Shown here piece after piece: positions 23,101-33,374 of a DNA stretch of 64,000 nucleotides. Within the stretch, counting starts at the first letter, position 1; every line of letters begins with the position of its first letter. A program made the translations under genes and the position numbers. Below the pieces are notes generated by a model that was given only the letters and a program-made list of their open reading frames with translations, did not search any database and was not told where the DNA came from. Source of the DNA: Scyliorhinus canicula (taxonomy: Eukaryota); the NCBI RefSeq assembly GCF_902713615.1, contig NW_024055490.1, forward strand, positions 467,262 through 531,261. The letters are read 5' to 3'.

Positions 23101-24578
23101 GGATCCAGGAGCCAGAAGCCGAGTGGGTGCGTGCGGAGGAGGCCTCCTGCATGGGAACCTCCCTCCGGGCCCTCGCCACGGCAGCACTCCCATCCCCACC
23201 CAAAAAACACTCCACCAGCCCAGTGGTGACAGCCACCCTCCAATCCTGGAACCAACTGCGGCAGCAATTTGGCCTGTACAAAATGTCGGACAAGGCTCCC
23301 ATCTGCAACAACCATAGGTTCAAACCAGCACTGACCGACGCCACCTTCAAAAGGTGGAGGCAGGACGGGGGGACACTGACAGTCAGGGACCTATACACAG
23401 ACGACAGGATCGCAACACTGGACGAACTGACAGAGAAATTTCAGCTAGCTGGGGTGAACGAGCTACGGTACCTGCAGCTCAAAAACTTCCTACGAAAGGA
23501 GACAAGGACGTACCCACAACCGCCACGACAGACACTATTGGAAGACCTACTGGACGCAAGTATCCTAGAGAAAGGGAACTGTAGTGACATGTATGACCGA
23601 CTGGTAGACAGGGACGACACCGTACTGGACGCAACAAGAAGGAAATGGGAGGACGACCTGGGGATGGAGATAGGGTGGGGACTCTGGAGCGAAGCACTGC
23701 ATAGGGTCAACTCCACCTCCACGTGCGCAAGGCTCAGCCTGACGCAACTAAAAGTGGTACATAGAGCCCACTTAACGAGAAACCGTATGAGTAGGTTCTT
23801 CCCGGAGGTGGAGGACAAATGTGAGCGGTGCCAGAGAGGCCCGGCCAACCACGCCCACATGTTCTGGTCTTGCCCCAGACTTGTGGAGTACTGGACAGCC
23901 TTCTTCGAGGCTATGTCCAAAGTGGTGGGGGTGAGGGTGGAGCCATGCCCGATAGTGGCGGTCTTCGGGGTTTCAGACCAGCCAGATCTATTCCTGGGGA
24001 GGAGGGCGGACGCCCTTGCCTTTGCCTCCCTGATTGCCCGCCGTAGAATCCTGTTTGGCTGGCTGTCAGCAGCACCACCCAGAGCTGCAGACTGGCTGTC
24101 CGACCTCTCGGAATCTCTCCAAATGGAGAAAATCAAATTCGCCATCCGAGGGTCGGACGACGGCTTCCACAGAACGTGGGAGCCATTCATGCAACTGTTC
24201 CGGGACCTGTTTGTGGCCAACGTACATGAGGAAGAATAGTCGGGTGGCCAAGAAGCAGGGGAAAATGGGCGGGAATCGGGGGAAGGTAGCCGGGGGGAGG
24301 GGGGGGGGGCTACGGGCTCGGTATGGGGGTTTGATGGCAAGCCAAAGCCCAAAACCAAACTATAAATAAATGCCTATAAACATGTGCCTCAGCCATATTG
24401 GGGAATGTAAAATATGTATGCTGGCTAAAGGGGGCGGCCACAATTATTGTTATGAAGATGCTTACCTGTAAATATTCATGTTAAATTTTTGTGTTTTCCT
24501 TTTTTTTTCTCTCTCTCTAATAACTTGTAATTTGTCATATATAAAATATGAAAACTCAATAAAAAAACATTTAAAAAA
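20149..24578 (+). mobile_element. L1-clade LINE, 5'-truncated, poly(A) tail, 15-bp TSD
   Basis: TSD AAAATTCCTGCAGCA at 20134-20148 and 24579-24593; AATAAA 24558-24563; empty site in sister unit ~18408-18425. Confidence 0.95.
20411..24239 (+). pseudogene. L1 ORF2 (APE endonuclease - RT - Cys/His motif) with ~3 frameshifts
   Basis: TWNVRGLN..FLQETHL; GDFN..DFFVV..SDHAP; KAPGPDG..YRPISLLN..LDAEKAFD..GTRQGCPLSP; LYADD; CERC..HAHMFWSC; shifts near 20780, 22490, 22680. Confidence 0.92.
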
Positions 24579-24853
24579 AAAATTCCTGCAGCAAAGCCAG
24601 AAATGCTGAATTTTCAAGACGCCAGGGGAAGAAAAGCCTTCCCTATTTTTCCACGATTCGGATATTAGCAGATTGTTCATCCACCACAATAATCTATTGG
24701 GTTTACAGATGCAGATGAACATATTTAATCACCATTTCAAACATGTCTAAATGTACGATAAAAGCATCTTACTGCGGATGCGTCAATGGGGAACAAAAAA
24801 AGAAAACACAGGGCAGTCTCAGCTGGTCTGGCAGCCTCTGTGGAGAGAGATGG

Positions 24854-24894
24854 CAGCTGACGTTTCGAGTCTGGCTTACTCTTTGTCAAAGCTG
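24854..24894 (-). ncRNA. Minimal hammerhead motif, family A (U3:A8 core, GUC site)
   Basis: CAGCU UUGACAA A GAGU-AAGCCAG-ACUC GAAA CGUC AGCUG. Confidence 0.7.
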
Positions 24895-25132
24895 GAGAAC
24901 GGGCAATAGGGTCAGATTCAGGCTATTGTGGCTGGGGCGGGGCTGACGTGACGCATTGGTCCTCGGTAGAGTGTCAGCGACTGGTGGCAAATGACGAAAA
25001 TGTGTTGGACAGAAAGGAAAGGGGAATGTAATTGAGGCTAATCAGGGCTACGAAAGGTGCTGATGGCGCATTAAGAGGTCAGAATGTGTTAATGGTAGGA
25101 CAAAAGTAAGCAGCGAGGCAGAGGAAAATTAG

Positions 25133-25272
25133 ATTAAAATCGCTTATTGTCACTAGTGGGCTTCAAATGAAGTTACTGTCGCCACATTCCGGCGCCTGTT
25201 GGGGGAGGCTGGTACTGGCATATCGTGGTCCGCTTTCAAAGCCAGCGATTTCGCACTGTGCTAATCCAGACC
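25133..25272 (-). mobile_element. Short SINE (GGGGCTGGTTTAGC family), internally deleted
   Basis: Paralog of 36002-36180. Confidence 0.72.
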
Positions 25273-25956
25273 CTGCAATAGAGATCAGATTGCTCAAGTG
25301 GGATCGGATGGGCTGGATGGAGGGGCAATGGTGAGGGCAAAACATATCGTTGGAATTAATGAAAATAAGTTGATGGAAATAAACAGGTGGTTAAGGGGGT
25401 AGAGAGAGTTCACAGTCTGAGGTTGTTGAACTGAATGTTAAGTCGGGAAGGCTGTAACATGCCTAATCAGAGGATGAGGAGCTATTCCCCCAGTTTCTGC
25501 TGGGTTTCTCTGGAACATTGCAACAGGACAGGGTCGAAATGAAGACATACATAATAAATAAATACGTGAATGTAAATGGGGGATTGGGAATGTTTCACTG
25601 TCAAAATAAATATTGGTTAAAAATAGACTAGCGATTCAAGAAGGCAATTGACCATCAACGTCCCAATAGCAAATAGCTGTGGGCAATAAATGCTGGAGCA
25701 GCCAGGGGTGGTCACATCCCCGAATGAATGAAATGGAACAGACAGAGAGCTCCCGGAATCCACCAGAATAGAGATAAGTGAATGTCCACTCATAGACAAG
25801 CGTTTCGAAAATGTTTCGATTTTCTCGGGAACGTATTGGTTCCCTGCAGTTTGAGCTCAGCTTCTCAAAGCAAACCCAATGTGAATGAATCCCGCCGTCT
25901 ACGCCGCAAAGAAATGAAGAAAACATGTTGCTTGACCAACGAAAACCCTCATCAAA

Positions 25957-26032
25957 AGGCTCATCCGGGATTTGAACCCGAGACCTCTCGCAAATTCCTA
26001 CAGCGAGAATCATACCCGTAGACCAACGAACC
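25957..26032 (-). pseudogene. tRNA-Pro-derived gene with an 11-nt anticodon loop
   Basis: GGTTCGTTGGTCTACGGGTATGATT CTCGC-TGTAGGAATTT-GCGAG AGGTCTCGGGTTCAAATCCCGGATGAGCC. Confidence 0.8.
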
Positions 26033-27969
26033 CCTCGAAAGTAACCATAGCATACCGTCATTGCCATCGAAAGTCGATCTAACATCTGCGGAGAAAGCGG
26101 AAAATACTGGAACTACTCAGGGAGTCAGGCGGCATTTCTCGACAGGACAACAAAGTGGGTCTTTCACCATCACCTTTCATTAAAACCGGGACAGGTTAGA
26201 AATGTAGTACGTCTTAACCAAGTGAACTCCCGGAGGGAGCAAACAGAACAACAGGAAAGGGCTCTGAAAGGGGGCAAGTCAGGAGAGATTAAATGGGAAA
26301 AGGCCTTGGCTTCCCTTGCCACAGAATGAGGTCCGCATCGAATCAGAGAATGATTAGAAGGGACACTCAATTGATGTGCTAAAAAATATTGATTTTGGTG
26401 GTATATATCACTAGTAATTGTTTCTAAAAGCAGCAAACAAAATCTTCCCGATTACATGAAAAATTAGACAGTGAGAGATGAATTTTATTTATTATGATGA
26501 ATTTTATTTACTGTGTTGCGATATGTTTACATCCGTACTTCCACCAAGATTCAACGGAACCTTTCAAAGGAGAATTGTGAAGGGAAGCATCATGGCTAAT
26601 GTGAGGTGTGAAAGGCGATTGGGACAGCGTTTTCAAATAGACACAGGAAAACTGAATCCTCATTCCGTTCCCTAAATCTCTATGATTCATGAGCGTTCAT
26701 GTCACTCCCTCACTGTTTGTTCTCAGTCACTTGAGCAGTGAGCAGGTGCAGGATGGTCACAGGCCTCTGGAGATTGAACCGTCGCTATTTCCACTCCAGC
26801 AGTTGATCCGCCGCACAGTTTGATCAGTTTAGAGTCTGCGGTGTCCACGACCACAGCTTCCGTTTGCTGCTCTCGATCTGAACCGATTGTGCTGGTGGAT
26901 ACATCGCTGCCTCTGGCCCCTTCCTATCACTACTTCTGTAAACAATGCAGTGGTGCAGGAATCTGTATGGCTGCGTCAGCAGATAATTTCCTGCATTGAA
27001 TAACCATGGAAGAACATTAGTTGTTGATCTAAAGTGCAACCACAAATGCTGTGTCTGATTCTATCATATAAACATATAAAGTAGATGGAATGAGGCAGGA
27101 ACTCAGAAGTAAATATAGTTTACATGAGTCAAAGAGGACAAAGATCTCAGGGATCGAATGCGAAAATTTGGGAACACGATGCTGATGATGTTACAGAGTT
27201 AAAGGATCCAGGATTTATCAACAACGACGCAGGCATTAGAAAAGATACAGCAAGTGTAAATATGTATATATCGCTGTTGGGAATGCTGTTCAAACATATG
27301 GATGGTTCTGTTACTCTTCTTTCATTTGGTATTAACCGCACAGACAGAGTGTGGGAGGGATTGGGAAAGATGAAGCAGGGATGAAAAACAATAATCCTGA
27401 CCAGAGACTTCAGCAACTGGAGCAAGTGCACGAGAAACGTTGCCGGGAACAGAATCCATCAATCAGCTTAAGAAAGAAGTGAATAAATATCGGACCAGTA
27501 ACTAGAAATTTAAAAATGATGAAATCTATGGAACAAGCAGATAATTAATCAGTGGATAACTCCTTAAGCGAGACAATACAAAATAATGGACCGAATTTCC
27601 TCTCTTTGGGCTGTAAAACACTATGATTATAAGATAATCAATGGCTCTGCTCAGTCAGACAGGACACAGAGCACTGACTATCTGAATCATTGTAACCTGG
27701 TGCTACACACAGGAAGCAGAGAGGTTTGGAATCAGTGACGGTTCAAGTGGTCTATGGATTGAGAAACAGCCAATCGCTCAGTGGCACCGTGAGTAACGCC
27801 AGGTAACGACATCCCATAATAGTCCAATCGGTGACAATGTGGCCCCTCAGTCTCACATTGAGGGGGAGCAAGTCCCAGTCTGGAAATCAGACCCGGATTG
27901 ATCCGCCTTTTGTCCACTTCCATCATCGTGACCAGGAATTCCAGGAAAGAGCTGTTTCCAGCTGGAACT

Positions 27970-28352
27970 ATGAAGCTGCTGATATTGGGTGAGTTTATTT
28001 TCTTATCTGATGCATTGTTTTAACAATCACATAACACCGTGTGGTTATGTGGATTTTATTTTGTTCCCAGCTGTTCAGTGTGAGGATCAGAACTCCCACC
28101 CTGAGCAGGCGGTGTCTCGGGAAGGGGATCGGGCTGAACTGAACTGTCGGATCTCCATTGGTTCTGGCTATTTCGTAGTCTGGGACAGACAGACACTGAG
28201 AGGGGCTCCCACATTTATCGCCTCCATTTACCGGGAGACTAAGACCAAAGGACGCTACACCCTGTCCTTTGACAGAACAAATAAGTCCAATACCATCTGT
28301 ATAGATGAGAGCGCGGTCCAGGACTCCGGAATGGATCTCTGTGTGAAGCAGA
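27970..28352 (+). CDS. TCR V segment, open but atypical (V-d)
   Basis: Short leader exon 27970-27988 (MKLLIL, GTGAGT donor); V exon 28071-28352 with both Cys and Trp, but WDRQ and DSGMDLC; RSS 28353-28391 CACAGTG-23-ACAATATCT. Confidence 0.75.
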
Positions 28353-28996
28353 CACAGTGCCACACAGAGCGGATCCGGCTGGACAATATCTTGTTCACTG
28401 TCGGGTCTCCGCTGCCCCGTTAACCTTTCCCCAAACCAGAACCTTTAGAGATGCGCGTGATGATCATAAATGTTACTTTCCCATGTTCAAACTTCTATCT
28501 GGACAATCTTCCAACACAAGGGCAGCACGGTAGCGTTCTCAACCTTAGGAATAACCTCTGTTATAGCTGTTACAGGAGATATAGAGGAACAGGGCAGGTT
28601 AAGTAATGTTCTCTATTTAATTGTCCCAAACTACAAAGTTAAGACACAGGCAGAAAATCTGACTCTTCTTTCTCTTTCAAATACTTAGCTTGACGTGCAA
28701 GAGAAAGATAGATAATGAATGATGCAGATAGATAGAAAAATTGATAGATGGTTAGATAGTCATGGGAACACAGACAGACAAATAGAATGGTAGATAGATT
28801 CAGTAAGAAGTTCCGAAACAAAGCTGTTGGACTTCAACCTCGTGTGGTAAAACCTCTTACTGTCCCACCCCAGTCCGGCATCTTCACATCATGATAGATA
28901 GACTGTTAGATTAGCCTATTCTGCCTATATACTCAAGCACTTTATCTATTTCTCCTTGGACATATCGTGATGTTAATTTTATTTCTGTTTTAACAG

Positions 28997-29268
28997 CTGT
29001 TCCTTGTCACTCAGAGACATTTCAGATATCGATATCTCGGGTAACACAATGTCAGACTATCTCGCTTCATCACAACGCTACTTCCACTACAAATGACTGG
29101 TGCCGGAAGTTCTCCAATCAAGCTCCCGAGTATCTGGTCTCCACACTAGGAGGTTAAAGAGTTCAGGGAAGGTTTAAAGTATCACTGGACCTTGAGAAAG
29201 GCTCCACCACTCTCAGTGTTAACACAGTTGAGCTGACAGACTGTGCGGTGTATTACAATGCAGTGAGA
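28997..29268 (+). pseudogene. TCR V pseudogene (V-e)
   Basis: WCRKFSNQAPEYLV..stop..GRFKVSLDLEKGSTTLSVNTVELTDCAVYYNAVR; damaged RSS CACTGTG at 29269. Confidence 0.8.
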
Positions 29269-31504
29269 CACTGTGTAACAAAGAGTTGAGAACCCTGTAC
29301 CCTGCTCACTCGATATGGGGACTGCAGAGACATGTAGTGAATGGGCTTTAGAAGTGAGTGTGATACAAGCAAAATCGATTAAAAGGTTCTTCCTTATGGA
29401 CTTAAAACATATGCTTTATTGTTCCTAATAATCTAATTGGCAGATAATCCTCAGTAGAAACACGTAAATCATTGGATGATACATTGGCTTACTGGAATTT
29501 GGTTACCATCATTGTTTAATGTTTAGGGAACCTTCAAGCCTTCCATTGTTCCGAAATTAACATTCCAAATTGATCAGTTGTGGATATATCAGTTTATTTC
29601 GTTAAGCTATTTATGCAAATAACAAGTACTTTACAAATGACGTAGGCACGCCAGAAGATTGAGGCAAATGAGCTCGCGTCAATCCGAAATAGCAAGTGTA
29701 GCAAAAGCAGTGTGATGGAAAATGCCTCAGATGCGGTAATAAAGACATCAAAGTAATAAACCCCGTAATAAGTTGCCACAATAAAATCTCCCCAATATTC
29801 GAGGATAAATCGAGAATCGCTGCTTGACAGAGAATATTCCACTAGATGGCGCGCTAGGACAGTATCTGTGTCCAAAATTTACAGAGGCGTCAGTTCACCG
29901 CCGTCTCAGCTGACAGCTGAGAATACAGGAAATGTCTATGCTTCGTGTCATTTCCCGGTAAACGATATGTATTTAGGGCAAGAGCCTATGTATGAATTAC
30001 AGAAGCTCTGGTACAGAGCACGTTTCTGGGCCTGAGGCTCTGGAATCCAGCCCCACTTCAGGACTTTCTGGATCGCAGTCTGGTTAAACCGATTGATGAT
30101 CAGCTTGTAAATTCTTCCAAGATGCCCATTGACAGGTCGTAAGAGCTGGAGAGTTTTTCTAGTCAACCAAAATGCAGGAGGCAATTGAAATAACTGCAGT
30201 CAAACATAATCATGGGTCAATCTAATGGAAGGCAATGGTCAACCAGCGCCACCTGAGGTGATGGTACCTGGAGGATGAGGAGGATGACAGTGGAGACTTA
30301 GACAGTGAACAGAATAAATTGTTTTATTCCAATATCACTGGGTGGTCTGACTAAGAGATTTAACAGGTTTCAAATCAATGTGATTCCTCAATATATCATA
30401 GAGAGAGAGAGAAAGGGATGTCCACCAAATCGTCACAGAATGTTCTGGTTACTATTTGCAAGAAGGTCAAAGTGCCAGGAAAATACCTAGGCTCTCAAAT
30501 CCCTTCGCTCAAGCATTAGGATGACAACACTTTCTGTCGGAGAACTAAACATTCCCAATGACCTCCCTGTTAATAATATCGCCGACATCACAACACCGAC
30601 TTCAGTGGGAATGAACTTCCTGAGGTTGAAAAGTGCTTTCGGACATCCGGAGTCGGTAAATGGTGTGACATCAGTAAAAGTCCTTCTTTGGTTTACCGAG
30701 GAATAATTTACTCCAGGGGTTAAAATAATTGTCCTCCTTTTTCCATGAAGATCATTAATTTGTTATTAATTCCCTTTTCTTTATTCCTGTCTCCTTTTCC
30801 CGGATTGGATTAATGAGTGGTCACCACGTTCTGGGATTTTCCAGGATTCTATCTCCAGCCTGTTCAGAGGTTCCTTCCTCTCAACAGGACACCGGCAGTC
30901 CGTCAGGAACAAGAATCCTGGAGTTTACCGAGGAGACGGTGCATCCCACAGGGAATGCTGCACTGTCAGAGTTCCTGGCCTCTGGATAATATGTTAAATT
31001 GAGGACACCGCCTTCCTCCGGAATGTGTCTCTGTGCGAAGCTAACACAGTGAGACATATAACAATGGAGGCATCTATATCTCACGGCAGCCATTTCCAAA
31101 AAAATGAGCAGGAGAAATGCCCTGTCCAATATCCATCCACCAATCACAATTACTGTAACAGCGAGGCTATTAAATATTACTGTATGGAATGATATGCTCT
31201 GTCCAATTGGCTGCAAGGTTTTCCACATTGTATTATAACAGTGACGGTGAAACACTTTGCAACCTGAAGCTCTATAAATATTCTAACGTGCATTCACGAA
31301 ACTGGCCCCTTCCATTGCTTTATTTTCGCATTAAATTTATTAGTGCTAAAAGTGTATGTTCGAATTGAAAAGTTGAGATATCACCTCGATTTCAGGCTCC
31401 ATTACAGATTCGCCGCTGATGACAGCGTTTGCCTCACGCTCTGTTATGCTGAATGGCACTTTGACAGTTTTTGTACAGGTTCAGCCCAGCTCTATGTCTC
31501 TGTG

Positions 31505-32397
31505 GGCCTCAGTGCGCAGTAATACACCGCGGAGTCTGTCAGCTCTGTTTTAGACACATTCAGCAGGACGGTGCGGATTGTATCATTGAGCTCCGCGGAA
31601 AAACGGTCCCCTGGGTATCTCTCTGTGTTCCCGGTGTATTTACTAATCTGCAGCAGGTACTCCATGGATCGACTGGGATACTGACGGTACCAGAATAGAT
31701 AAAGATTGCTCGTGCTTGTAGCTGTATAATTACAGAATAACTGAACATCTTTTCCTTCACTCACTGTGACAGCAGCCGGTGTCTGAGAAACGGAATCTCC
31801 TCGACAATGTCCTGTAAGAACCCAGAGTGATTTTCAATTAAACAATGCGAATTCACTGAATCTATACCGCAGAATCGTCCCGTCATCCTGAACAATAGCC
31901 TCAGAGAGTGAACAGACAGCAGAACAGAAATATATATCACACAGCTTAGTGGCTGTAACGGGAAATTGTTTGGAAATTGTAAATCTTTTAAGTCCGGTCT
32001 TTCTAACGAGGTCCGGTCCTCAGCTTCAGTACTCTAACTGGAAGCGGAAAGTACTAACGATCTGTGGGTTTGACAGTCCGCTGTTTGTCAATGTCATTCA
32101 CGAGGAGCAGAGAAGCTTCAATCTCAGCCCAACTCTTCCGCTCTCATTCCCTTGGGAAATGTGCCGACTTCCAGCAAACAGCGTTCTGTGCTGAGACCAG
32201 CAAGATCCGGATGACTTTTCGAAGTTGGGGTCAATCTATTTGTCCGACCACCCACACCCACCCCCTTGTATTGAGCGACCTGCCTGACAGAATGTCATGT
32301 ATGGAAAAGCTGTGACAGAAAGAGTTGTGCAACTTGTGAACTTACCGGTTAAAAGAGCGGCCGCTGTGAGGAATAAATACACAGTAACAGGCGACAT
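31505..32397 (-). CDS. TCR alpha/delta-type V gene, apparently functional (V-f)
   Basis: Leader 32346-32397 MSPVTVYLFLTAAALLT, GT-AG intron, V exon 31505-31811 GHCRGDSVSQ..C..WYRQYP..DSAVYYCALRP; RSS 31466-31504 CACAGAG-23-ACAAAAACT. Confidence 0.93.
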
Positions 32398-32919
32398 GTT
32401 TGCAGAGAGATCGTGGCAGCTTTGAACAGAAATGGTTGAGGCTGAAATTGTTTTCGTCAAGAGTTGAGAAGAGGTTGAGTCACATCCGAGTGCCTGGTGA
32501 TTGGTACATTGCTCACAACGTCATCGGGTCACATCCAATTGCCTGTAAGCTATTTTTCTCTTCAATTCAACCAATGTTCTCACAGGGCATTGGTTCTCCA
32601 ATTCATCCTATTGGCGAAGATCGAAAGCAACAAATTAAATTGATTAATCTCCATGCTAATCCTTAAATAGGTTAACAGGAATAGGCTTATTTATAATGTG
32701 AGGTGGGCAGTTGTTTCGCCCAGAGCTGGACAAAGGACATTCGAATGAATTTGGTGGGCATTGTTGTTAACAATGGCGTTTGGATGAGAACTCTGTATTT
32801 TGCGTCAACGTTCGGCCTTGCGAATATGATGATATACTGAGCCGTCAGCAACATAAATGTGCAGGCTAACTGGATTGGCCATTCGAAAACTGTCCCTTAG
32901 TGTCCAAAGATGTGCAGGT

Positions 32920-33265
32920 TCATAGATCATAAAATTTACAGAGCAGAAAGAGGCCATTCGGCCCATTGAGTCTGCGCCGGCTCCTGAAAAAAGCACCCTA
33001 CCCAAGGCTAACACCTCCACCCTATCCCCATAACCCAGTAACCCCACCCAACACTAAGGGGAATTTTGGACCCTAAGGGCAATTTATCATGTCCAGTCCA
33101 CCTAACTTGCACATCTTTGGACTGTGGGAGGAAACCAGAGCACCCGGAGGAAAGCCACTCAGACACGGGGAGGATGTGCAGACCCCACACAGACAGTGAG
33201 CCAAGCCGGAATCGAACCTGGGACCCTGGAGCTGTGAAGACATTGTGCTATCCACAATGCTCCCG
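32920..33265 (-). mobile_element. HE1-like V-SINE
   Basis: Head, V-domain and CR1-type tail on the minus strand. Confidence 0.8.
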
Positions 33266-33374
33266 TGCAGGTCAAGTGGGGTTGCAGGATGAAGGCTGGA
33301 TCTGGACCAAGGTAGGGTGCTCATTGAAAGGGTTGGTGCAGACGAGATGGGCAAAATGCCTGACCCAGCACTTC

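Larger units (their letters stand above)
18258..25530 (+). repeat. Displaced, more diverged copy of tRNA-array units (interrupted by L1)
   Basis: Spacer and Penelope pieces at 18310-19985 and 24594-25530 match the 1-9 kb units. Confidence 0.88.

Noticed and set aside
20074-24369. Many overlapping and antisense ORFs (e.g. 23441-24358, 21878-22519)
   Set aside because: Shadow frames of the GC-rich L1 ORF2
28690-28800. Degenerate (GATA)n; also (TG)n at ~52660-52740, a 26-bp direct repeat at ~44210-44265 and (AACTCCA)3 at ~55787-55810
   Set aside because: Ordinary simple repeats
29594-29875. Hydrophobic 93-aa ORF as a membrane-protein or GPCR exon
   Set aside because: No recognisable motif or splice context
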